From the NCBI RefSeq assembly GCF_009914755.1, contig NC_060935.1: a stretch of 64,000 nucleotides of DNA; one strand, written 5' to 3'. Origin of the DNA: the human T2T-CHM13v2.0 reference genome, Homo sapiens. A program made the position numbers and the translations under genes. This document shows positions 1 to 13,225 of the stretch, piece by piece (the stretch's first letter is position 1; the number at the start of each line of letters is the position of its first letter). The notes beneath the pieces are model-generated. The model was given only the letters and a program-made list of their open reading frames with translations, had not been told where the DNA came from and did no database searches.

Positions 1-1698
1 TTCTTCTGCTGGATCTATTTGGCTACTGATACTTGTGTATGCTTCACGAAGTTCTTGTGCTGTGTTTTTCAGCTCCATCAGGTCGTTTGTGTTCTTTTCT
101 AAACTGGTTATTCTAGTTAGCAATTCCTCTACCCTTTTTTCAAGGTTCTTAGCTTCCTTGCATTGGATTAGAACATGCTCCTTTAGCTCAGAGGAGTTTG
201 CTATTACCCACCTTCTGAAGGCTACTTCTGTTAGTTCGTCAAACTCATTCTCCATCCAGTTTTGTTCCCTTGCTGGTGAGGAGTTGTGATCTTTGGAGGA
301 GAAGAGGCATTCTGGTTTTTGGAATTTTGAGCCTTTTTGTGCTGGTTTTTCCTCATCTTTGTGGATTCATCTACCTTTGGTCTTTGATGCTGGTGACCTT
401 TGGATGGGGTTTTTGTGTGGGCATCCTTTTTGTTGATGTTGATGCTATTCCTTTCTGTTTGTTGGTTTTCCTTCTAACAGTCAGGCCCTTCTGCTGTAGT
501 TCTGCTGGAGTTTGCTGGAGGTCCACTCCAGACCCTGTTTGCCTGGGTATCACCAGTGGAGGCTGCAGAATAGTAAAAATTACTGCCTGTTCCTTCCTCT
601 GGAAGCTTCGTCCCAGAGGGGCACCCATCATATGCCAGCCAGAACTCTTCTGTCTGTATGAGGTATCCGTCAACCCTTGCTGGGAGGTGTCTCCCAGTCA
701 GGAGGCACAGGAGTCAGGGACCCACTTGAGGAGGCAGTCCATCCCTTAGGAGAGCTCAAGCGCCATGCTGGGAGATCCCCTGCTCTCTTCAGAGCTGGCA
801 GACAGGAGCGTTTAAGTCTGCTGAAACTGCACCCACAGCTGCCCCTTCCCCCAGGTGCTCTGTCCCAGGGAGATGGGAGTTTTATCTATAAGCCCCTGAC
901 TGGGGCTGCTGCCTTTCTTTCAGAGATGCCCTGCCCAGAGAGGAGGAATCTAGAGAGGCGGTCTGGCTATAGCAGCTTAGCCGAGCTGTGGTGGGCTCTG
1001 CCGAATTCGAACTTCCTGGGGCTTTGTTTACACTGTGAGGGGAAAACCATCTAATCAAGCCTCAGTAATGGCGGACGCCCCTTCCCCCACCAAGCTCGAG
1101 CATCCCAGTTCAACATCAGACTGCTGTGCTGGCAGCGAGAATTTCAAGCCAGTGGATCTTAGCTTGTTGGGCTCTGTGGGGGTGGGATCTGCTGAGCTAG
1201 ACCACTTGGCTCCCTGGCTTCAGCCCCGTTTTCAGGGGAATGAATGATTCTGTCTTGCTGGTGTTCCAGGTGCCACTGGGGTATGAAAAAAACTGCAGCT
1301 AGCTTGGTGTCTGCCCAAACGGCCACCCAATTTTGTGCTTGAAACCCAGGGCCCTGGTGATGTAGGCACCCGAGGGAGTCTTCTGGTCTGCAGTTTGTGA
1401 AGACCATGGGAAAAGCGTAGTACCTGTGCCGGAATGTACCTTTCCTCATGGCGCAGTCCCTCACGGCTTCCCTTGGCTAGGGGAGGGAGTTCCCTGACCC
1501 CTTGCGCATCCTGGGTGAGGCAACACCCCACCCTGCTTCGGCTGACCCTCCATGGGCTGCACCCACTGTCTAACCAGTCCCAGTGAGATGAGCTGGGTAC
1601 CTCAGTTGGAAATGCAGAAATCACCTGCCTTCTGTGTTGATCTAGCTGGGAGCTGCAGACTGGAGCTGTTCCTATTTGGCCATCTTGCCAACCACTCC
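1..1698 (-). mobile_element. LINE-1 (L1PA7/L1PA8-like), complete 5'UTR plus start of ORF1; element continues beyond the window start
   Basis: The minus strand starts GGAGTGGTTGGCAAGATGGCCAAATAGGAACAGCTCC, an L1 5' end with the YY1 core AAGATGGCC. The ORF1 ATG at 356 reads MRKNQHKKAQNSKNQNASSPPKDHNSSPAREQNWMENEFDELTE. An A-rich target lies just upstream in L1 sense. Confidence 0.95.
1068..1247 (+). other. L1 antisense ORF0-like reading frame (59 aa)
   Basis: MADAPSPTKLEHPSSTSDCCAGSENFKPVDLSLLGSVGVGSAE resembles my recollection of L1HS ORF0 (MAGAPPPASLPPCSLISDCC...SVGVGPSE). It has the same antisense position in the 5'UTR and a good Kozak context (GTAATGG). Confidence 0.6.
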
Positions 1699-2184
1699 TG
1701 GATTTTTATTTTTATTTTTTTAACCTGAACTCATCCCCAGTTCTAAACTTTCACAGAGCTGTAAAACTCCTCTCAGCAAGGTTCAGCCAGTACACCAGGA
1801 AATCTAGCAGCTCCATTTCTTTCTGGACGCATCCCACCCACAACCCTCTGTCTTCCTGCTCCAGTTTGAATGGGCTGTTCTCCAGGACCAGCTATCTTTA
1901 TTGAAGTCCTTTTTCCTCTCTCCCATTTGGATCTTTGCCTCTAGAATTCAATATTTTTCTCTCTAGTTTTATTCTTTTATTTTGGTAGAGTATATCCTTC
2001 AGTTTGTTTTTCAGAAAGGGTGCATGTAGCTAATTTTTTGGTGACCTTGCATATTTTAAAAGTCTGAAAAGAAGTGAGGATGGGAAAGGGGAAGCTGGGC
2101 AGGGCCAGGGTGCCAGATGGCTGGGGAATAGAAGACAAGAACCTATCCTAGAAAGGCAGAGAGGTAGTGGGAAGTGGGACTACA

Positions 2185-2368
2185 CTGAGGCTCCAGGCCC
2201 CCTCCTCAGTGTTCCATTGGAATTCACTTACAAAACACAATTTGAAAGACAAAATTAAGGAGAATTTCAAGATGATGATAGCAGGGCAATAATCCAAGCA
2301 TGTAGGGTCCTTCTGGTTTGGGGCCCTGTGTAACTACACATTGTAATATCCTTATTAAGTCAATCCTG
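2185..2368 (-). mobile_element. MER45A-like hAT-Tip100 DNA transposon remnant
   Basis: AAGACAAAATTAAGGAGAATTTCAAGATG...GGGGCCCTGTGTAACTACACA resembles MER45A; diverged. Confidence 0.5.
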
Positions 2369-2399
2369 GTAGAACAAAAATGGTTTATGTATTAAGTCA

Positions 2400-3576
2400 T
2401 ACTCTTCAACTTTACCCATCTGGAAGAATACAAAGACATTTTTTAACTCCTTCCATATACTAAAATAAATTCCAGGTGGATTAAAAATTTAAATGTAAAA
2501 AAACAGACAAAACAATAACATAAGAGCAAAATGTAGGAGACCATGAACATAACCTGGTGGTGGGGAAGATCTTTTAAATCAAGACAATAAATGAAGATGC
2601 CATAAAGGAAAACATAGTCATATTTGCTTGCATAAACTTTATATTACATGGAAAAATATTTATAAACAAAGCCAAAAGACAAATGATGGACTGGGAAAAA
2701 GTTGCAGCTTATAAAACAGGTAAAGGGCCGGGTGTAGTGGCTCACATCTGTAATCCCAGCACTTTGGGAGGCTGAGATGGGAGGATTGCTTGAACCTGGG
2801 AGTTTGAGACCAGCCTGGGCACATAGCAAGATCCTGTCTCTACAAAAAAATAAAAAATTAACTGGGCATAGTGGTGTGTGCCTGTAGTCATAGCTACTCA
2901 GGAGAGTGAGGCAGGAGGATCCCTTGAGCCTAGGAGTTTGAGGCCACAGTAAGCTATGGTCACACTACTACACTCCAGCCTGGGCATCAGTGCAAGATCC
3001 TGTCTAAAAAAATAGGTGAAGGATTTTATGTTTAAGACATTTAAATACCTCTACAAACTGATAAAGACATCTCAGTTGGAAAATAGGCAAAGGATATAAA
3101 TAGGCAATTTCCGAGAGGATGTCTAAATACTATGTAAAAAAGTGTTAAGGAAATGCAAATCAAAGGGAAAGTGAGATAATACGTCTCACACGTTATGTTG
3201 AGAAAAATTAAGCAGATAAAATCTGTAGTAGGGGTTTTTGCTAGGGAAAGGGCACTCTCTCACATTACTAAAAGAAATTGAACTGTTACAGAATTTATGG
3301 AGAGAAAAAAACATGCATATGATGCAACAATTTCATGTCTGGGAATCTATCCCGTGGAAATTAAGGGACTAAGAAATAAGGATACACTTACAAATGTGTT
3401 TGTTGCAGCATTTTTGTTGTGGCAACAAACACAATAGTAACAAAACAAACATACAAATAAAAATAATGGAAGATAACCTAATATCCATCAATACATACAT
3501 TGCTGAATAAATTATATGTTCATAATTTGAATAATTATGCAACCATTAGAAAAAAATGAGTTATATCTATATTAAT
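2400..3576 (+). mobile_element. Old L1M (L1ME-like) 3' ORF2/3'UTR fragment interrupted by an Alu and the MaLR
   Basis: CCATATACTAAAATAAATTCCAGGTGGATTAAAAATTTAAATGTAAAA and later L1 3'-region motifs; similar sequence resumes after 6238. Confidence 0.7.
2726..3012 (+). mobile_element. AluJ
   Basis: Dimeric Alu with J-type positions; degenerate TSD AAAACAGGTAAAG / AAAATAGGTGAAG. Confidence 0.92.
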
Positions 3577-6238
3577 TGATATGGATTGGATTTGTCTCCC
3601 CACCCAAATCTCATGTTGAATTGGAGGAGGGGCCTGATGTGAGGTGATTGGATCATGGGGGCGAATTCCCCCTTGCTGTTCTCATAATAGTGAGTTCTCA
3701 CGAGATCTGATGGTTAAAAAGTGTGTGGCACTTCCCCTTCCCTCTCTCTTTCTTCTGCTCCACCATTGTGAAGATATGCATGCTTCCTCTTCACCTTCCA
3801 TCACGATTGTAAGTTTCCTGAGGCCTTCCAGTCATGCTTCCTGTTAAGCCTGTGGAACTGTGGGTCAATTAAACCTCTTTTCTTTATAAATTATCCAGTC
3901 TCAGGTAGGTCTTTATAGCAGTGTGAGAATGGACTAATACCGAAAATTGGTACTAGAAGAGTGGGGCATTGCTATAAAGATACCTGAAAATGTGGAAGCA
4001 ACTTAGGAACTGTATAATAGGCAGGAGCTGGAACAGTTTGGGGGTCTCAGAAGAAGATAGGAAGATGAGGGAAAGTTTGGATCTTCCTAGAGACTTGTTG
4101 AATGGTTTTGACCAAAATGCTGATAGGGATATGGGTAATGAAGTCCAGGCTGAGGTAGTCTGAGATGGAGATGAAGAACTTATTGGGAACTGGAGTAAAG
4201 GTTACTCTTGCTATGCTTTAGCAAAGAGACTGGTAGCATTTGCCTGTGTACTGGCAGCACTTTGCCCCTCCTCTGAGATCTGTGGAACTTTGAACTTGAG
4301 AGAGATGATTCAGGCTATCTGGCAGAAGAAATTTCTAAGTAGCAAAACCTTGAAGATGTGTCCTGGCTGCTCCTAAAAGCCTATGCTCATTTGCATAAAG
4401 AAAGAGATTAACTAGGCATGGTGGTGTGTGCCTGTAGTCCTAGCTACTCAGAAGAATGAGGCAGGAGGATCCCTTGAGCCCAGGAGTTTGAGGCCACAGT
4501 AAACTATGGTCACACTACTACACTCCAGCCTGGGCATCAGTGCAAGATCCTGTCTAAAAAAAATAGGTGAAGGATTTTATGTTTAAAACATTTAAATAAC
4601 TCTACAAACTGATAAAGACATCTCAGTTGGAAAATAGGCAAAGGATATAAATAGGCAATTTCCGAGAGGATATCTAAATACTATGTAAAAAAGAAACTGG
4701 AACTTATATTTAAAAGGGAAGCAGACTATAAAAGTCTGGAAAATCTGTAGCTCTGCCATGTGGTAGAAAAGAAAAACCCACTTTCTGGGGAGAAATTCAG
4801 GCCCAAGCCAGCTGCAGAAATTTGCATAAGTAAGGAGGAACTGAATGTTAATAGCCAAGACAATGGGGAAAATATCTCCAGGGCATTTCAGACACCTTTG
4901 TGGCAGCCCCTCCTATCACAGGCCTGGAGATCTAGGAGGGAAAAATGGTTTCCTGGGGTGGGCCCAGGGCTCCACTGTTCTGTGCAGCCTCTGGACATGG
5001 CACTCGGCATCCCAGCCATTCTTGCTTCAGCTATGGCTAAGGTACAGCTCAGGCCATTGCTTTTCCAGGTGCACAGTGCAAGCCCCAAACCTTCTACATG
5101 GTGTTGGGCCTGCCAGTACACAGAAGGCAAGAGTTGAGGTTTGAGAACCTCTGCCTAGATTTCAGAGGCTGTATTGAAATGCCTGGAAGTCCAGGCAGAA
5201 GTCTGCTGCAGGGCCAGAGCTCTCATGGAGAATCTCTACTAGGGCAGTGCAGAGGGGAAATGTGGGGTTGGAGCCCACATCCAGATTCCCCACTAGGGCA
5301 CTGCCTAATGAAGCTGTCAGAAGAGGGTTACTGTCCATCAGGCCCCAGAGTGGTAGATCCACTGACAGCTTGCATTGTGCACCTGGAAAAGCCACAGGCA
5401 CTTAAGACCAGCCCATTAAAGCAGCTACAGGGGTGCACCCTACAAAGCCACAGGGGCCAAGCTTCCCAACACCTTGGGAACCTACCCCTTGCATCACTGT
5501 GGCCTGGATGTGAGACATGGAGTCAAAGGAGATAATTTTGGAACTTTAAGATTTAATGACTACCCTGCTGGGTTTAAGACTTGCATGGGGCCTGTAGCCT
5601 CTTTGTTTTGACCATTTTTTCCCATTTGGAATGCGAGCATTTTCCCAATGCCCATACTCCCATTGTATCTTGGAAGGAATGAACTTGTTTTTGAATTTAC
5701 AGGCTCATAGGCAGAAGGGACTTACCTTGTCTCAGATGAAACTTTGGACTGTGCACTTTTGAGTTAATGCTGAAATGAATTAAGACTGGAGGACTGTTGA
5801 GAAAGGAAAATTGTATTTTGTAATGTGAGAAGGACATGGACATGAGATTTGGCAAGGGGTGGAAGGTGGAATGATATGGTTTGTTTGTGTCCTCACCCAA
5901 ATCTCATGTCAAATTGGAGGAGGGGCCTGGTGGGAGGTGATTGGATCATGGGGACAAATTTCTTCCTTGCTGTTCTCATGATAGTGAGTGAATTCTCATG
6001 ACATCTGATGGTTTAAAAGTGTGTGGCACTTCCCCCTTCCCTCTCTCTCTCCTGCTCCACCATTGTGAAGACATGCCTGCTTCCCCTTTGCCTTCCACCA
6101 CGATTGTAAGTTTCCTAAGGCCTCCCAGTCATGCTTCCTGTTAAGCCAGTGGAACTGTGCACCAATTAAACCTCTTTTCTTTATAAATTACCCAGTATCA
6201 GGTAGTTCTTTATTGCAGCATGAGCATGGACCAATACA
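3577..6238 (+). mobile_element. Full-length MaLR provirus (THE1D/MSTA-type): 5'LTR 3577-3941, internal region, 3'LTR 5872-6238
   Basis: Two ~365-bp LTRs (TGATATGG...AATAC[A]); typical MST/THE1 internal sequence; polypurine tract before the 3'LTR; 5-bp TSD TTAAT/CTAAT. Confidence 0.93.
4407..4693 (+). repeat. Local duplicate of 2857-3142 (Alu right arm plus its 3' flank) inserted in the MaLR internal region
   Basis: Alignment by eye gives about 10 substitutions and 1 indel over ~286 bp, including ~130 bp of non-Alu flank. Confidence 0.95.
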
Positions 6239-9200
6239 CTAATTGACCTAGAGAGATTTTTAGTTCAGTAAGAAAAGCATAATGTAGAGAAATGTATACA
6301 GTGAAACCGTATTTGTGTGTGTGTGCAAAATAACGCCCAAATTACCAAACTATGCATACTGGTGTATGATTGTACAAATGTGTGATAGTGGAGGAAGTGT
6401 GAAAGACACTTAATTTTTGAACCTTGATTTTGCTGTTAGCTGGAGATGAGGAAGGGAGGAGAATATATGGAAGGATAGGATAGAGATCGTTTTGGTGAAA
6501 ACAGGTAGGTCTAAACTCAGAATGAAATGTGAATGATTGTCTGATGGAGAAAGGCTTTTGGTCTCTGAAACCTTTTGCAAAGCTTACTGCTGTGAGCTAG
6601 GCTTTTGTTGTTGCTCCAACTCGTGACTTTTGGGTTCCAAAATCAATAATAGTTGTAGCATAATTTAATTTCAAAGGTTTAGGAGTCCTACAATCAAGCC
6701 AAAAAATGAAGGATCCTTTTAGAGGAATTAAAATCTGACTAACATTAGATTTCTTCTCTGAGCCAATAAATTCTAGAAGTCAGCAATAGAAGGTCTATGG
6801 AAATTTAAGAGAAAAAGAATGTGATAAAGACGTTTCCCCCTGCCATTTTGTCATCATGTAGGGCAGCAACAGTTTCATTTTCTGATCTCCAAAGGCTAAG
6901 AAAAGTTACCACTCAAGTGTCCTTTCTATAAAAATGACTCAAAACATTTATCCACATGATATGAAAATAAGTCAAAACAAGAGCCTAAGATGGGGAATTT
7001 GGGATTGGAAAGAGGCAGTAGTAAGCACTAAAACCAATTAAATATACAAAAATTTAGGATGATGTCAGGAAGATGGCAAAATAGAAAGTTCTATCCCTCA
7101 TACCCCTATAGAAACACCAATTTTGGCAACCACTCATAGACAAGAATACTTTTGTGGGAGCCTCAGAGTCCAGCTGAGAGGTTGCAACACTCTGGTGGAA
7201 CAAAAAATTCAAGAGCTGGTATATTGAAGAGGTTAAAAAAGTAGTTTCACTTTACCCACATCACCCCCTCTCCCAAAAGCTCAGGGCTGAAAGAGGCCCC
7301 CTGTGCTGAGAGAGGCCCATAACTTCTCCCACAGGGTAAGTGAGCACTCAACTTCTACAGTCTTTTGGGACACTGCCCAGGAGGCTCATTTCTATCTCAT
7401 CTCAATAAATAAGAACAGAATGCCAAGGGGATTGGCATGGCTGAGTTGTCTGAGAGCAGCTAGGAGGAGGGAGAAAAGGTGGGAGTGTACAGCACTGGCA
7501 TGTGATTATCAGCAGGCTCACAAATGGTACCAAGAGGCCTGCCATGAGCCCCATAGGACAACTCACCTGTGGAACTCCCAACAAGTAGACACATGATCCC
7601 AACACCCTGCCCCTCCACCCTGTGGACAGTGCCCTACATGTTCCTGTGTGTAACACCCACAAGCTCCCACAGACAACAGATGGATCTCTATGGCAGGTGC
7701 AGATATTGGCAGCTGGCTTTTCTCTGATAGTTTGGGAAAAAGCACACAATCTTGAACACCTCAGGGCACAGTCCTAGGGAAAATAAACAGAAGACTCTTA
7801 GCAACAAGCCTGGCTTTGTGAGATCAAGAGAAGTCACACAATCTTAAGACTTCTCCCCTAAGAAGGATCAAGATGAGTGGAGTAGATACATCAATAGAAC
7901 AGGCCTGAAAGACACCAAAAGTCTCTAGCCAGGCTCACTGGTGTAGGTCTTTCACTCCTAAAGCCAGTCAACAAAGACTGGAGGAAGTGACTGCATCTTC
8001 AAATGTGAAGACAACAATGCAAAGTTTCAAGAAACATAAAGAATCAAGGGACTATAATATCACTGAAGGAGCAAAATAAAGCTCCAGTGGCTGACCTCAA
8101 AAAATGGAGGTATATAAATCACCAGACAAATTGTTTCAAACAATCATTTTAAAGAAGCTCAGTGAACTACCAGAGAAAATAGATAATTAAACAAAATCAG
8201 TTAAACGATACATGAATAAAATTACAAGTTCAACAAAGAAAAATAGACCATTAGTAAAAACCAAACTGAAATTCTGGTTATGCAGAATACCATATCTGAA
8301 CTAAAAAATTCAATAGAGATCTTCAATAACAAACTCAATCAGGCAAAAGAAAGAATTAGTAAACTCAAAGATCATTTGAAATTATCCAGTCAGAAAAATA
8401 AAAAGTAAAAAGAATGAAAAATAATGAGGAAGGCCTACAGAACTTATGGGACACCACTGAACAAACCAATAGATACGTTATGGAAATCCAGGAAGGAGCA
8501 GAGAAAGAGAAAGGAGCAGAAAACTTATTAAAGAAATAATGATAGAGAACCTCTCAAATCTGGAGAGGGAAATTAACATCCAGATTTTTGAAGCCCAAAT
8601 AACTCCAAATAGGTTGAGTTGAGCATAAATAGGTCTGCAAGAAAACTATACCTAGCAAAGCTATCCTTCAGAAATGAAGTAGGGATAAAGACTTTCCCAG
8701 ACAAACAAAACTGAGGGAGTTCATCACCACTAGATAGCCTTACAAGAAATACTAAGGAAAATTCTTCAAGTTGAAATGAAAGAATGCTAACTGGCAATTA
8801 AAAAATATATGAAGGTATAAAACTCATTGGTAAAGGTAAGTAGAGAGTCAAATTTAGAATACTCTAATACTTTAATGGTGACGCATAAATCACTTTGAAC
8901 TCTAGGATAAAAGTTAAACAAAAAAAGCATTAAAAGTAACTATAGCTGCAATAATTAGTGAATACTCAATATAAAGGATGTTATTTATGACATCAATAAC
9001 ATATAATATGTGTATGGGGGAAAAGTGTAGAATTTTTATATGCAATCAAAATTAAGTTGTTAAAATAGACTGCTATAAGATGTTTTATACAAGCTTCGTA
9101 ATAATCGTAAAGAAAAAGCCTGAAGTAGTGACACAAAAGATAAAGGAATCAAAGCATACTACTACCCTAAAAAATCAAATCACAAAAGATAATAAGAGAG

Positions 9201-11321
9201 AAAAAATTATAAAACAGAAAACAATTAACAAAATGTCAATAAGTCCTTACTTATCAATAATTACTTAAATATAAATGGCCTAAATTCTCCAATCAAAAGA
9301 TATGGAGTGATTGAATGGATTAAAAAAATCCAACTCTGTGCTACTTAAAATGGATTCACTTAAGATTTAAGGACACACATATGCTGAAAGTGAAGGGATA
9401 GAAAAGATATAGCATGCAAATAGTAACCAAAAGAGGGCAGGAGTCACTATACTTACATCAGACAAGGCAGACTTTAAGTCAGAAATTGTCACAAGAGATA
9501 AAGAAGGTGATCATACAATGAGAAGGGGCCAATTCATCAACAGAATATAATAATTGTAAACATATATGCACCCATCATTGGAGTACCTAAGTATATAAAG
9601 CAAATATTACCAGAAATGAAGAGAGAAATAGGTGGTAATGCAATAATAGTAGGGGACTTAAATACTCCAGTTTTAACAATGGATGGATAATCCAGACAGT
9701 TAATCAATAAGGAAACGTGGACTTGAACAACACTATAGACCAAATGGACCTAACGACATGTATAGAACATTCCATCCCAAAGCAGCAGAATACACATTCT
9801 TCTTAAGTGCATACAAAATATTCTTTGGAATAGATTATATATTGGGCTACAAAATGAGTCTTAACACATTTAAGAAGACTGAAATTATATGAATATTTCT
9901 GACCACACTAGTAAGAACCTAGAAATCAATAATAGTAGAAAATTGGAAAACTTGCAAATATGTGTAAATTAAGCAACATACTCCTGAAAAACCAATGGGT
10001 GAAAGAAGAAATCAGAAATATTTTGAGACAAACAAAAAATGAAAACAAAGTATATTAAAACTTATGAGATGCAGCAAAATCAGTTTGAAGAAGGAAGTTT
10101 ACAGTGATAAATACCTACATTAAGAAAAAAGAAATCTCAAATAACCTAACTTTATACCCCAAGGAACTAGAAAAAGAATGAACAGCTCAAAGTAACCAGA
10201 GGAAGGAAATATTAAAGATTAGAACAGAAATAAATGAAGTAGAGATTAGAAAAACAATAGAAAAGATCAATGAAACTGAGAGTTGTTTTTTTAAAAGATA
10301 AAATTGGCAAACCATTAGCCAGACTAAGAAAAAAAGACAGAAGACTCAAATAAATAAAATTATGAATGAAAGAGGAGACATTACAATACCACAGAAATAC
10401 AAAAAATCATAAGAAACTATGAACAATTATATGGCAACAAATTGGATAACCTAGAAGAAACAGATAAATTCCTGGACATATATTTTACAACCTATCATGG
10501 CTGAACCATGAAGAGATGGAAAATCTGAATAGACCAGTAATGAGCAAGGAGATTGAATTACTAATCAAAAATCTTCTAATAAGGAAAAGCCCGGGACCAG
10601 ATGGCTTCACTGGTGAATTCTGCCAAACGTGTAAAGAAGAGTCATTGCCAATACTTCTCAAATTTTTCCAAAAAGTTGAAGAAGGAACTTCCAGACTTAT
10701 TCCATGAGGTAAGCATTACCCAATGCTAAAGCCAGACAACGATGACACAAGAAAATACCTTGTGAACATAAATACAAAAGTTCTCAACAAAATACTAGCA
10801 AATTGAACTCAACCTCATAGTCAAAGGGTGATATACAATGATTGAATGGGAGTTTTCCCTCAGATGCAAGAATAAATCAACATATGCAAATTAATAAATG
10901 TGATATACCATATTAACAGAATGAAAAATCATATGGTCATCTCAATAGAGGCAGAAAAAGCATCTGACAAATTCAGCATCTATTTATGATAAAAATTCTC
11001 AACAAATTAGGTGTAAGAAGAATATACCTTAATATAATAAATGCCATATATGACAAGCCCACAGTTATCATCACGTTTAACAGTAAAAAGCTAAAAGCTT
11101 TTCCTCTAAGATCAGAAATAAGAAAAGGATGCTCACTCTCACCATTTCTATTCAACATAGTTCTGAAAGTGCTAGCCAGAGCAATTAAGCATGAGAAAAA
11201 AGATAATTTGAAGACACAAATAAATGGAAAGATATCCCATATTTATAGATTGGAATAATTAATACTGTTAAAATGTCCATACTATCCAAAGTTATCTCTA
11301 GATTCAATGCAATCCCTGTCA

Positions 11322-11633
<312 letters not shown>

Positions 11634-11825
11634 AAAAATCTAATGACATTTTTCACAGAAATAGAAAAAAAGTCCCCAAACTTGTTTGGAATGACAAATG
11701 ACCCATAGCTAAAGAAATCTTGAGCAAAAAAGAACAAAGTAGAGGCATTACACTACCTGACTTCAAAATTGACTATAAAGCTATAGTAATCAAAATGGCA
11801 TAGTATTGGCATATAAACAAACATA

Positions 11826-12139
11826 GGCTGAGCATGGTGGCTTATGCCTGTAATCTCAGCACTTTAGAAGGCTGAGGTGGGTGGATTGCTGGAGCCCAGG
11901 AGTTTGAGACCAGCCTGGGCAATGTGGTGAAACTCTGTCTCTACAAGACAAAACAAACCCAAAAATTAGCCAGATGTGATGGTATACCCCTGTAGTCCCA
12001 GATACCTGGGAGGCTGAGATGGGAGGATCATCTGAGCCTGGGGAGGTTGAGGCTGCAATGAGCTATGATTTCACCACGGCACTCTAGGCTGGGTAACAGA
12101 ATGAGACCCTGTTTCAAAAAAAGAAAAAAGAAAAAAAAA
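11826..12139 (+). mobile_element. AluJ
   Basis: Full dimer with A tail inside the L1MA9. Confidence 0.92.
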
Positions 12140-13225
12140 TCTCAGACATATAAGTCAATGGAACAGAATAGAGCCCAGAAATCAATCCATACATTTACTT
12201 ACAGTCAATTGATCTTTGACAAAAGGTGCCAAAAACACAAAAGGGGGAAAGGACAGGCTCTTCAATAAATGGTGCTGGGAAAACTGAATGTTCCAATGGA
12301 GAAGAGTGGGGACCCTCTTTCATACCATATACCCTTGTTGGGCCCTTATTTCATACCGTGTACAAAAAACAACTCAACGTGGATTACAGACTTAATTGTT
12401 AGACCAGAAACTGTAAAACAAAACAAAACAAAACTAGAAGAAAATGTAAGGAAAATGCTTTATGATATTCTTCTGAGCAACGATTTTTTTTATATGACCT
12501 GGAAAGTACAGACAATAAAAGCAAAAATAGACAAACAGGATTGCATCAAACTAAAAAGCTTCTGCACATGACTGTTTCCTTTGTGATATAGCCCACGTCC
12601 TTCCTTTCTTTTCCTATTAACTCTTTGAGATGTATGGTTTGCAAATATATGCTCCTATGGGATGGGAGTATATATTTGCAAACCATACATCTGAAAAAGT
12701 GCTACTATTCATAATATATAAGGGATTCAGACAGCTCAATAGCAAGGAAACAACTCAATTTAAAAATATGCAAAGAAGAAACATCCCTGTCTGACAGCTC
12801 TAAAGAGAGCAGTGGTTTTCCCAGCATGGCGTTGTAGCTCTGAGAATGGACAGACTGCCTCCTCAAGTGGGTCCCTGACCCCCGTGTAGCCTAACTGGGA
12901 GACACCTCCCAGTAGGGGCCAACAGACACCTCATACAGGTAGGCGCCCCACTAGGACGAAGCTTCCAGAGGAAGGATTAGGCAGCAAGATTTGCTCTTCT
13001 GCAATATTTGCTGTTCTGCAGCCTCCACTGGTGATACCGGCAAACAGGGTCTGGAGTGGACCTCCAGCAAAGCCCAACAGACCTGCAGCTAAGGGACCTG
13101 ACTGCTAGAAAGAAAACTATCAAACAGAAAGGAATAGCATCAACATCAACAAAAAGGACATCCACACCAAAACCCCATCTGTAGATCACTGACATCAAAG
13201 ACCAAAAGTAGATAAAACCACAAAG

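Noticed and set aside
35-1054. Plus-strand ORFs of 84-159 aa
   Set aside because: These are antisense readings of the L1 5'UTR and ORF1; a similar peptide appears antisense to the second L1PA at 12977-13408.
4760-5535. ORFs in the MaLR internal region
   Set aside because: Broken remnants of the MaLR internal ORF with no intact frame.
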